In this document: positions 1 to 8,838 of the stretch, one piece after another
Layout: the number at the start of each line of letters is the position of its first letter
How positions within the stretch are numbered: position 1 is the stretch's first letter
Origin: an uncultured Cytophagales bacterium
GTDB lineage: Bacteria > Bacteroidota > Bacteroidia > Cytophagales > UBA9547
DNA length: 16,401 bases
Reading direction: 5' to 3'
NCBI GenBank assembly: GCA_945957555.1
Contig: CAMFLX010000110.1
Coordinates: forward strand, 1-16,401
Translations under genes and position numbers: made by a program
Notes under the pieces: model-generated
Seen by the model: the letters and a program-made list of their open reading frames with translations, nothing else
What the model was told of the DNA's origin: nothing
The model's database searches: none

Positions 1-46
1 TACCGCCCACAGTGCGTCGGCTCATAAACAATTCCTTATCCCGAAT

Positions 47-238
47 TCAGGTTAACTTAATTTTATCATATAGACTTAATAGAGTTTTCAAGTCGCCTTC
101 TACCAATTGAATAAATTTAGAGTCGTCATACAACAATACCCCAGTGATATCCAAGCTTGGGTTGTTTTTCTTGCACGATTCTAATGTCTTTTCAATTTCT
201 TTGTTTGAACACAACTTGTCACGATTGCTGATATACAC
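47..238 (-). pseudogene. BLUF (blue-light FAD photosensor) domain remnant; 63-codon ORF with GTG start, bounded by in-frame TGA codons at 239-241 and 47-49
   Basis: The translation carries the BLUF core NNPSLDITGVLLYDDSKFIQLVEG, with the conserved Tyr near the N-terminus and the conserved Gln in F-x-Q-x-LEG. It stops before the beta4-beta5 region that carries the conserved Trp/Met. Reading through the TGA does not give a recognisable D-x-RH motif. The flanks are AT-rich. Confidence 0.45.
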
Positions 239-533
239 TCATAATGAATTGAATTTGTTTATAATACCCCATACGGAAGAACGGTATTATTATTCAACTA
301 TTTAAACAAATAGATTTCCAATTCAAATAAACTATAAATTGATCCCACTTTTGTGGATATTATTTAAATTTACAATTCATTAATATATTTCTCAACAATT
401 TAAGACGGACAGAATCAAACTTTGGGAGCATCAAATTACCTTTTTAGAGGCCGTAGAACCGATATCCCTTGCACCAATGAATTGTTGAGACCAAATAGTA
501 ACATAAAAAGGGGCAATTATCCCAAATAAGTAA

Positions 534-1424
534 TTGACTACGACAAAACGCATGAGCCATACCAACACGTATCTTGCACAGGAAGTAACTTCACAAATTA
601 GCGTCAAATCCATACAAGGCAAGTCTACACTTACTGAGGCAAAGATCTCAAGGCCTCTTAAAATATTTTCCCTTCAAAATGATACCGCACTGCAGATTGT
701 ATTTTCCAACTATGGTGGAGGTTTTGTGGAAGGCGATCACATTAAAATTGACCTGAGTTGCAATGAAGAAACCACAACAGCTATTACCAGTCAGGCACAT
801 ACGCGTGTTTATCGCTCAGAAAGAGGCATGCCATCACGCCAAGAAATTCATGCAAAACTAGGGAAAGGGGCTTTCGCCACATTCTTGTGTGACCCACTTG
901 TGCTACACGCAAACAGTATTTTTGAGCAGCGACAAGTTTGGGAAGTAGCCGATGACTCCATACTGCTTTTTACGGATTGGTTTGAAGCGGGTCGCCTGCT
1001 CAATGGCGAACGATTCGCTTTTGAGGCCTATCATTCGGAATTTAAGGTAGTTTATAAGGACATTCCGTGGGTGTGGGACAAGTTCCATATCCAACCGCCT
1101 CTCGTTGACCCAAATTCACCTGGTATATTTCTTCATCACGGTTGTTATGCAAATATCTTTTTGATCGGAAGGGACCGCCTACCAAGGGTACAACAACTTG
1201 AAGCCATCATGAGACAATTGAGTGAACAATATTTCAAAACAACAGCCACCCTAGTGGCTACTGAGGCTGAAATCATAGGCAGTTTCGCAAAAATAAACGA
1301 TAGGGTCTCGCTGATCCGTTGTTCTGCAAAAAATAACGAGATCCTTCAAAATCTCATGAAAGATCTTGCCAAGGCACTTGAGCATAAAGATCTTTTAGGT
1401 TTTTACCCAGGACATAATATATAA
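534..1424 (+). CDS. ureD: urease accessory protein, UreD/UreH family
   Basis: The 296-aa translation shows the UreD pattern: PLK...YGGGFVEGDHI...TSQAHTRVYRS...LGKGAFATFLCDPLVLHANSIFEQ...GRLLNGERFAFEAYHSEFKVVYKD...PGIFLHHGCY. It lines up motif by motif with Helicobacter UreH and Klebsiella UreD as I remember them. An alternative start lies at Met-7 (nt 552). Confidence 0.7.
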   Translation: MTTTKRMSHTNTYLAQEVTSQISVKSIQGKSTLTEAKISRPLKIFSLQNDTALQIVFSNYGGGFVEGDHIKIDLSCNEETTTAITSQAHTRVYRSERGMPSRQEIHAKLGKGAFATFLCDPLVLHANSIFEQRQVWEVADDSILLFTDWFEAGRLLNGERFAFEAYHSEFKVVYKDIPWVWDKFHIQPPLVDPNSPGIFLHHGCYANIFLIGRDRLPRVQQLEAIMRQLSEQYFKTTATLVATEAEIIGSFAKINDRVSLIRCSAKNNEILQNLMKDLAKALEHKDLLGFYPGHNI

Positions 1425-1464
1425 AGAATAAATTTCACAAAGGCTAGTATTACAGTACTGCTCA

Positions 1465-1502
1465 AAACGACAAAAGCTCTCGCATGAGAGCTTTTGTCGT
1501 TT
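1465..1502. terminator. bidirectional rho-independent terminator between convergent ureD (+) and the giant LRR gene (-)
   Basis: Perfect 17-bp inverted repeat AAACGACAAAAGCTCTC / GAGAGCTTTTGTCGTTT (1465-1481 and 1486-1502) with a 4-nt loop GCAT. U-rich ends are available on both strands; the minus-strand RNA ends ...GUCGUUUU. Confidence 0.55.
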
Positions 1503-1524
1503 CATATTAAAATGTAAGTCCTTT

Positions 1525-4500
1525 TTATTCAAGAACAACCTTTCTCCATTCGCTAGAATGCTGATAAGTTATATTTAACAAGTATAATCCTTTTGGCAAA
1601 TCTACAGCAGGTACACTCAATATACTTGACGATACTGTATTTTGCCATAAAATATCTCCTTGCAGATTGCGCATTACCACTATGCTACCAGGAATCAGTC
1701 CTAACAAAGTGAATTGGTCTTTCGCAGGATTAGGGAAAATCTGTAATTGTCCAGCGCTAGACAATACCACCTGACCATTGCTGTTCAGAGAGTGTTCTTC
1801 TCTTACAAAAGTTTTAGAGAACTCTGTAATTAAAATCTCTCTTGAGTTGGCGGTACAACTATCAGAGGTACTTGTGAGCAATTGATAGTTGCCATTATAA
1901 TAAACCCTTAGGCTCTTGGCATGAGCACCGGCAATGGCCAGCCCGTTAATAAACCACTGATATTTTGGCTCCTGCCCTACAGGATAAATATTGGCACAAT
2001 GTAGAGACGAATCTGCTTCGGTAAAGTTAATAGATGGCGAATTATGAGCCTTGGTATTGATCAAGGTATCGCTAGAAATAACCACACATCCAGTAGCATT
2101 GTCATTAACTGTATAATTGTATGCTCCACTTACAAACAATGGGATCTTGCTATTATATGCACCGCTGATTTGATTACTGTTAAAATACCAATAAGAATAG
2201 TAGTTTGTAACAGGTCTATTGTTTCCTCCATACACCAAAGTGAAGCTCAAGGAATCTTGACCAGTACAGCTCGTCTGTGAGGCCTTGTACTTATACTTCA
2301 TCACATACGCTACTCCACAAGGTAAAAGTGTAATTGGGCGTCTGTAAAAGGTAAGACCAGGGAAATCTGTATTGTTTATCGTCACCGAGTATTTACCCGT
2401 ATCTGCTAAAGTAAAGGTAAACTTCAAAACATTTTCCTTAGATGTAGCAATGTTCAGATCTAAATAGCCTAGAGGTTTTTTATACTTAGTCCACGAATAA
2501 GTGGTTTTACTACCGGCCAATGTAGTTGTCAAACTAATGGCACTTCCCACAGCAGGCTTATAGGTACTTACAACATCTACGGAGTCATACTGAGGATAAT
2601 ATTTGTTAGGATTCTTATTGAACAAAGCAGTGTATGGCTCCAAATCTATATAATCCAAGTGATTGTCTTGCACATAGAGCTGCAAGCCTGTATTCAATGG
2701 TAAAAGCGGTAATGAAGTAAATCCTGAATTGTACTCAGTACTATCCACATTATTAGAATCCAGTGCACAATACTGAAGTTGTGTCAATTTTGTGAGTGTA
2801 TCATTAAAAGTTCCATAGATTTTATTATTACCAACATTTAAATAATTAAGTGCTGTGCAATATTTTAGCTTCGAAGCAAAACCTATGTAGTACATTGCAT
2901 TATGAGACACGTCTAAGTATTCTAGCTTTGGTAATACCCTCGGAAGCGAAAAACCTCCCTCAATGGCGTTATATGACAGATCCAGGTGCTTAAGCTGGGT
3001 ACTGGTAATCATCGTATCCAATAGTTGGTTTAAAGAATTAGTCAACTGACCTGTCAGCAAGTTGTGTGAAGCGTTAAGATATACCAAAGTATGTGGCGAA
3101 CTTAATCCTTTTCGGATATCCAAAGACTGAATGCTATCCTTAGAAATATCAATAAACTTAGGCAAAACACCGCCATAGGTATACAAAAGCCGTAGGTTGT
3201 TACCACTCATATCCAAGGTATCTGCAAGATCTTTAACATCGGTAGGCAAACTGATGTTGAGGCCTTGTATAAAAGACATTCCATTGTTTCTGAGCTTAAC
3301 AACTCTCAATTTACCGATGAACTGTCCCAAATCTAAACTAGCGGTTTTGATCTGGTTATCTGACAAATCCAGCACATTTAAATAGTCCAAACTATCAAGC
3401 CCAGAAAGAAACCCAGTAAGGCTCTTATTTGGCAACCTAATTTCTGTGATATATTCACAATCAACCTTTACACCAGGCCAAGTGCTGATATCAGAAGCTT
3501 TGAAACTTGCAGGCATCTTCATTTTTGTATTTCTATACAAATGAAGCATCGCGAGGGAATCTTTAATATTGAGTTTACAATACGTCACGTTTACAAAGAA
3601 TCTTTGCGTAATAAGAGAATCCGTACCCAATGAAGGGTATCTTACTACCGCGTAATATGAGCCAATATCGCTTTTCTGTACTTTATTCAAGATCAACTTT
3701 GCAGAATCATTAGCCAATCGTTCTTGGGTACCATCAAGTTTAATCCTATACCAAGTGTACTTCTGTAGCGGATCAGATTCATTGGCAATACCTGCATCGT
3801 ATTTATAACTAGAGTCTTGCCCAAACGCCCTCTCAGGTGCATTTACCATTAAAGAATCTTGAGGAAACCACCTGAGGGCACTTCCCAAACTTGCATAGCC
3901 CTTCAGATGCCCAAAATCTAGGCTGTTATTTTCTACATGTAAAGCTTTTAGCTTTGAGAGCTTAGGAATATAAGAGATCTTTTGACCAGGTTGGCTTTCA
4001 TCAAAGTTGTACACGTTAGAATCTAACGCCAAGTATTGCAAGTTCTGCAAGAGAGCAAAGCTATCCGATACTGCACCAAAGAAGCTGTTATTTCCCAAAT
4101 CAATATATTTCAGAGGCTTTCCAGGTACTTTCCAAGAGTTCAAAGTATTAACTGAGCCTGACAAATAATTATGGGCAAGGATCAAAGTATCTAGCCTTGG
4201 CAAGTAATCTAAACCTGGGAGTTCACCAGAGAACGTATTGTAAGAGGCATTTAGATACTGTAAGGAATCCACAAATGCTTTCAGATTTGGAAAAGGCCCA
4301 TATAATTGATTGCGAGAAACATCCAAATGCTTGATAGACTTTAAACTATCTACCAATTGTAAGCTATTATTGCTTAGCTGGTTATTACTGATGTTCAAAT
4401 ACTTTGTTTTAAAATCATAAAAACCTTCAAACAAGATACGCTCATTGCTCTGCAATTTGCTCCTCTTGTTCCCAAGCCTCTCCGTACCTGCAAAAGGATT

Positions 4501-7500
4501 GTAATACATTTCAAAGCTCTTCATCCTATTATTGCTCAAGTCCAAATAGGTAGGTACAAAGTTTTCAAAGCTAAATGAACCTTTAAAGTTATTATGTGCA
4601 AGGATTAAAGTATCCAAAGCACCTGCCTGAAATCTTGGCACGAAACTCTGGTTTTTATAGTCTGTGATGTTATTATGAGCCAAATTTATACTTTTGATTA
4701 CTTCGTAATTAAAATTGCCTAGTGCAAAACTTATAGAATCAAGAGCGTTGTTTGACAAATCGACTCTTTGAAGATAATACAAGTTATCTAAACCCGTCAC
4801 TGTACCTGCGAGTCCCTGATTCTTCAAATTAAGCCCTACTACATTGGCACAGTCAAAAGTCACTCCCGCCCAAGTCTTCACAGGTTTATTCAGATCCCAT
4901 TTGGGTTTTACTTTAAGACCTTCGTAAAACGTCACCAAAGCAAGCGAATCCTGTGCCGAAGCATCGCAAATCCTCACGTTTATATAAAGACCTTGTATTT
5001 CTATACTATCAGTAGTATAGCCAATAGTCTGGCGAAGTTGTCTCGCTTGGAAATCTGGGTGTAGTATTACGCACTTATACGTTCCCGACTGGTCTCTTTT
5101 CGCAGCAGTCAATCTCAAATTCCTAGTGGTTGCAACCAACCGTGGTACTTGGTTTACTAGTTGGTACCACTTGTAGCTCAGTTTTCCATCTTTAGTATCG
5201 GGAAATTTATTCAAAAACACTAAATCGTCTCCTTCATTAATCGTAATGGTCGTATCCATGTACTTCGCCTGCTGAGGCATCACTTTATTGTCATCCCCCC
5301 CGGGGTGTACATTTAAAAGCGACTTAAATGTCATCCTGTTATTAACGGCCCTAAAGGATGAGGCTTTCAAAAGTGCACCTTTGAAATTCACAAAAGAGGT
5401 ATCTGTAAAATTGTTATGAGAGATGTCTACAATATTAAGTTTGGAACTGCTCAATGGTTTTTGAGCATCAAAAGAACCTATAAATTTATTGTATGCAATA
5501 TCCAGATTCCTTAGCTCCGACAAAGTATCAAAAGCCAAATTAAAAGGCTTATCTACACCGATAGGCGCCGATTCCCCATTTAGATAAAGTCCAGCTACCC
5601 TACCGCATACTACTGTTACCAAGGAGTAGCCTCCACTCGAATTTTTCCAAGCATTTAAAGGCAAATAAGTCTGCGCGTCCAAGTCGTAAATAACATTACC
5701 GTACCAGAGATAATCATTGTTCGGGTTTGGCAGATTCCCAATACGTTCTACAAAGTTAACGACGGCAAGGCTATCTTCTTTTTTCAACTTCAAAGTATCA
5801 TCAAAGGAAATTTCTGCAATTGATTGTACATTAGTCGATAGACAATACTTGTCTTTAACTAATAGATTGAGCGAAGCCCCCCTCTCTAGTTCAAAAATAG
5901 GGACTGTTATATCCACTGTTCCACCCAACTTATCCCCAAACTTCTGATATTTTGACAACCCAGTCTCTAAAACCATAGGAACATATACATAAGAGGAATC
6001 AGTTACGGGCAAACTGATAAGTGCATCAGACGAACAAGTGGGAGGTGTATACTTGTACTGTATCGGTAAAGAAACATTCCCACTCCTGATCTCTATACTA
6101 TCTTTATAGAGAACTGTCTGGCAATCATTTCCGACAGACGCAAGCACCTTTAACTCAAATTTACCATCTAGGTCACCAAAGATCGGATTACTTTGGATCA
6201 TCAAGGTATCTGGCGCCAAGAAAATATAAGCCAAATTATAACGATCCAAGTTCGTTACATCATAATTTACACCCAATTGAGGGTTCACGATTTTCACATA
6301 ATACTTATCATTAGCCGACTTGCAATAAAATTTTGCCTGAGGGATTATCCGTGTCTTGTTATTCGCATTGGGGTACGATACCGTAGTATAGTTGCTACTA
6401 TCTTTAGTGACAGCAGCAGTACCATTCAACACTACCTTATTGAGCTTGAGTATCAAAGAGTCGCCAGTAACCAGCAAAGAAAGATCAATATGCTTTTCAC
6501 GCAACAATGTGGTAACCTGTGCTGTGCTCAAATCAAAAACAGTATTGGTTCGTACGCCATTAGTTACATCAGTACGCGCAATTTGTACAGTACAGTTATC
6601 GGTTTCTTGAACGCCCAATGCATCAATACCGTAGTAAAAGTTTTTATCTGCGCTGCTCTTACAAATAAAGGGGTTATTGCCCATTAACCTAAACTTAGGT
6701 TTATCGAATCTCCTTAATACTATCGGCGAAAACTGAACTGAATAGTACGGTTGTCCTGATGATGGCATTGCCGTTACATAAGGAAGAATAGAAACTGAAT
6801 CTGCTAACGACAAATAGTTCTGCAAAAACGAGGACTTAAATGTGAACGTGGCAAAACCTTGGGCATTTTTTGAATATGAAATCTCTCCTGAAAAATATGC
6901 TAAACCATTGACGTAATATGCTAAAGTATTGTCGCTATAGGAATCATCCTTTACTAATGTCGCTACATTCAAATCGGCAGTAATATCCGCACTCGGAACA
7001 TCTCTGATGATCTTGGCGCCCAAAACTTGAGGCACTACTGTGGTATAACCATTAGGCCCTTGGTAGTAAGAATTGGTAAAGCTCAGACTACTTGCTATAG
7101 TTGAGTTTGGCAATTGGTTGAAATCTATGTTAACGTTACTCTGTTCATTAAGTAGACCAGGCTTGCTATACAATTTTTGCACAAAGCCATCCTCAGTAGT
7201 GATCTGATTATTGTTCAAATTGAGGATCAAAGGTAACGAACTTGAAAAAGCACGACTACTTACAATTTTGGTCAGCTTGTTGTGGCTCACATCCAAAGAC
7301 TTACTTGGTGAAGAAGTTATTGCGGCCCCCATGTTAATCGCATAAGCATCAAATACACCCACAAATTCATTACCACCCAATCTTAGCTCTATCAAATTGA
7401 CTGAATTCCCTATGGCATTGTATGGGATAGTATCTGTCAATCGGTTATTGCTCAGGTTTAAGGACGTCAGCTTAGACATACTACTGAAAAGCTTACCTGG

Positions 7501-7941
7501 CAATACACCCTGTGCATTATTGCTTGAGAAGTTCAGACTCGTCAAGCCACTCAAATAGGCGATAATTGAATCCGCTTGAAAATACTTAACCTTTGTATTG
7601 TATTTAATTTGCAAATCAGTCAATTGTGCGAGTGGTTTCATCTTCGCATATTGTACAATACCACTTGCGGGTACCATATAATTCGCCAAGTCTAGACTCG
7701 TTACACTACCGTTGGCAACTGTAACTCCCTGCCAATACGAGCTTGCAGAAGGTTCCTTAAACCACATTTGCCCACTGGGTGTTCCCACAGGATACTGCCA
7801 ATTAGGCCCATCCAACGAAAGCCACAAACGTCTGAGACTTGTAGAATCGGCAATGCTAAGTTTCTGTGCCGATAGTTGATACTGAATTGATAATAGTGAG
7901 CACAAGAGCAAGAGTGCTCTTATATATGTTTGCTTAACCAT
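1525..7941 (-). CDS. giant (2138 aa) secreted leucine-rich-repeat / Ig-like cell-surface protein with a T9SS C-terminal sorting domain
   Basis: The ORF is 6.4 kb and uninterrupted. It has an N-terminal signal peptide (MVKQTYIRALLLLCSLLSIQYQLSA). There are dozens of LxxLxLxxNxL(s)G repeats, for example LDLSNNRMKSF, LDVSRNQLYGPFP, LNASYNTFSGELPG, LILAHNYLSGSV and IDLGNNSFFGAV. At least two Ig-like modules are present (KLSYKWYQ...RDQSGTYKCVI and YTWYRIKL...SDIGSYYAVV). The C-terminus reads IFPNPAKDQFTL...LPKGLYLLNI...KVVLE, which is typical of the Por/T9SS CTD. Confidence 0.85.
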   Translation of the reverse strand: MVKQTYIRALLLLCSLLSIQYQLSAQKLSIADSTSLRRLWLSLDGPNWQYPVGTPSGQMWFKEPSASSYWQGVTVANGSVTSLDLANYMVPASGIVQYAKMKPLAQLTDLQIKYNTKVKYFQADSIIAYLSGLTSLNFSSNNAQGVLPGKLFSSMSKLTSLNLSNNRLTDTIPYNAIGNSVNLIELRLGGNEFVGVFDAYAINMGAAITSSPSKSLDVSHNKLTKIVSSRAFSSSLPLILNLNNNQITTEDGFVQKLYSKPGLLNEQSNVNIDFNQLPNSTIASSLSFTNSYYQGPNGYTTVVPQVLGAKIIRDVPSADITADLNVATLVKDDSYSDNTLAYYVNGLAYFSGEISYSKNAQGFATFTFKSSFLQNYLSLADSVSILPYVTAMPSSGQPYYSVQFSPIVLRRFDKPKFRLMGNNPFICKSSADKNFYYGIDALGVQETDNCTVQIARTDVTNGVRTNTVFDLSTAQVTTLLREKHIDLSLLVTGDSLILKLNKVVLNGTAAVTKDSSNYTTVSYPNANNKTRIIPQAKFYCKSANDKYYVKIVNPQLGVNYDVTNLDRYNLAYIFLAPDTLMIQSNPIFGDLDGKFELKVLASVGNDCQTVLYKDSIEIRSGNVSLPIQYKYTPPTCSSDALISLPVTDSSYVYVPMVLETGLSKYQKFGDKLGGTVDITVPIFELERGASLNLLVKDKYCLSTNVQSIAEISFDDTLKLKKEDSLAVVNFVERIGNLPNPNNDYLWYGNVIYDLDAQTYLPLNAWKNSSGGYSLVTVVCGRVAGLYLNGESAPIGVDKPFNLAFDTLSELRNLDIAYNKFIGSFDAQKPLSSSKLNIVDISHNNFTDTSFVNFKGALLKASSFRAVNNRMTFKSLLNVHPGGDDNKVMPQQAKYMDTTITINEGDDLVFLNKFPDTKDGKLSYKWYQLVNQVPRLVATTRNLRLTAAKRDQSGTYKCVILHPDFQARQLRQTIGYTTDSIEIQGLYINVRICDASAQDSLALVTFYEGLKVKPKWDLNKPVKTWAGVTFDCANVVGLNLKNQGLAGTVTGLDNLYYLQRVDLSNNALDSISFALGNFNYEVIKSINLAHNNITDYKNQSFVPRFQAGALDTLILAHNNFKGSFSFENFVPTYLDLSNNRMKSFEMYYNPFAGTERLGNKRSKLQSNERILFEGFYDFKTKYLNISNNQLSNNSLQLVDSLKSIKHLDVSRNQLYGPFPNLKAFVDSLQYLNASYNTFSGELPGLDYLPRLDTLILAHNYLSGSVNTLNSWKVPGKPLKYIDLGNNSFFGAVSDSFALLQNLQYLALDSNVYNFDESQPGQKISYIPKLSKLKALHVENNSLDFGHLKGYASLGSALRWFPQDSLMVNAPERAFGQDSSYKYDAGIANESDPLQKYTWYRIKLDGTQERLANDSAKLILNKVQKSDIGSYYAVVRYPSLGTDSLITQRFFVNVTYCKLNIKDSLAMLHLYRNTKMKMPASFKASDISTWPGVKVDCEYITEIRLPNKSLTGFLSGLDSLDYLNVLDLSDNQIKTASLDLGQFIGKLRVVKLRNNGMSFIQGLNISLPTDVKDLADTLDMSGNNLRLLYTYGGVLPKFIDISKDSIQSLDIRKGLSSPHTLVYLNASHNLLTGQLTNSLNQLLDTMITSTQLKHLDLSYNAIEGGFSLPRVLPKLEYLDVSHNAMYYIGFASKLKYCTALNYLNVGNNKIYGTFNDTLTKLTQLQYCALDSNNVDSTEYNSGFTSLPLLPLNTGLQLYVQDNHLDYIDLEPYTALFNKNPNKYYPQYDSVDVVSTYKPAVGSAISLTTTLAGSKTTYSWTKYKKPLGYLDLNIATSKENVLKFTFTLADTGKYSVTINNTDFPGLTFYRRPITLLPCGVAYVMKYKYKASQTSCTGQDSLSFTLVYGGNNRPVTNYYSYWYFNSNQISGAYNSKIPLFVSGAYNYTVNDNATGCVVISSDTLINTKAHNSPSINFTEADSSLHCANIYPVGQEPKYQWFINGLAIAGAHAKSLRVYYNGNYQLLTSTSDSCTANSREILITEFSKTFVREEHSLNSNGQVVLSSAGQLQIFPNPAKDQFTLLGLIPGSIVVMRNLQGDILWQNTVSSSILSVPAVDLPKGLYLLNITYQHSSEWRKVVLE
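1528..1782 (-). other. T9SS (Por secretion system) C-terminal sorting domain of the giant protein
   Basis: The last ~85 aa contain FPNPAKDQFTL, VMRNLQGDILWQ and LPKGLYLLNITY...KVVLE. This matches the type-A CTD pattern (PNP-x-D ... KG-x-Y). Confidence 0.7.
7867..7941 (-). other. signal peptide of the giant LRR protein (about 25 aa)
   Basis: Basic N-terminus (MVKQTYIR), a hydrophobic core ALLLLCSLLSI, and a likely cleavage site near LSA/QK. Confidence 0.55.
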
Positions 7942-7966
7942 AGTTTAATGAACGTGATGATCAACA

Positions 7967-7974
7967 CAAACTTA
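7967..7974 (-). promoter_or_regulatory. candidate Bacteroidota-type -7 promoter element TAAGTTTG for the giant LRR gene
   Basis: On the minus strand the upstream sequence reads ...TTTTTTCGTAAGTTTGTGTTGATCATCACGTTCATTAAACT-ATG. TAAGTTTG matches the TAnnTTTG consensus exactly and lies about 33 nt before the ATG. No Shine-Dalgarno is present. Confidence 0.35.
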
Positions 7975-8770
7975 CGAAAAAATTATCGAAATGTATCTTG
8001 GCAATAAAACACAGGACTCCCAAGCATTTTCAACAGATTGATCAGCAATACTATAAAGTAGTCAAATTTCAATAGAAAAGCCCCTTACGTCTATTTAAAT
8101 AAATAGGGCACAAAATGCCTCGGATGAATTTTTTTGTCTCGGATGTATAGTGAACACATGAGAAAGATTGCCAAAACCAGATCTATCAATAAGGTACTAC
8201 TATGTACAAGTGTCGGAATAATGAAATTTCTAAACATAATCAGTCAGCATTAAAATATTTTATAGTATTACATAAACACACTTAAGAATTCGGATCTATA
8301 ATATTCTAGTATTTGATTCCAAGCAAACGCTTACCTATAACTCTAATAGAATTTTATATTATTGAGTATCATGCAAGTATAGATTAAAGGTAACCATAAA
8401 AACCTGAATCACAAAAAATATTCAACTATTACAAATATTAATAACGTTGAGGCCTCAGAAGCATGATAAAGCACCAATAACCTTATTATCTCTCGTAATT
8501 CATAAAATATTTCTCCTTAGGCGTGCAACCCTTTTTAAAAGTTATAGGTCTTTACATGCGCCAATACCCAAAATCATAAAATCTCCTTTTACAAGATTGG
8601 CCACTCTAAAAATAATCGAGTATGATTTAAAACCTTTAGACATGTTATTTAACAACTGGAAAATACCCCCTAAAACTAAGCTTATCGTTTGTTCGCTATC
8701 TATTCTTCTCAAAGTATTTATTGCGCTTGTTAGTATCTGTATTATGTATAGCTTCATTTCAAAGCTTTCT

Positions 8771-8811
8771 TCATAAAAACAAAAGCACCTCATTCTGTAC
8801 AGAATGAGGCG
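8771..8811 (-). terminator. rho-independent terminator of the flotillin gene
   Basis: Stem CCTCATTCTG / CAGAATGAGG (8788-8797 and 8800-8809, extendable by a C-G pair) sits directly 3' of the flotillin stop on the minus strand. It is followed in the minus-strand RNA by CUUUUGUUUUUAUG. Confidence 0.6.
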
Positions 8812-8838
8812 CTTTGAAACTATGATTTATAGTAGCTT

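Noticed and set aside
431-1094. Minus-strand ORFs 431-622 and 903-1094
   Set aside because: They overlap the ureD start and body antisense. They are 63 aa each with no motifs.
2044-6687. Plus-strand ORFs inside the giant gene (2044-2280, 3197-3385, 5717-5947, 6193-6687, 6392-6610)
   Set aside because: They are antisense to a continuous 6.4-kb ORF with clear domain content, and their low-complexity translations have no motifs.
8447-8793. ORFs 8447-8776 (+, 109 aa) and 8542-8793 (-, 83 aa) in the long intergenic region
   Set aside because: They overlap each other. Their translations are low-complexity with no recognisable fold motifs. The minus ORF runs into the terminator hairpin. This is more likely non-coding.
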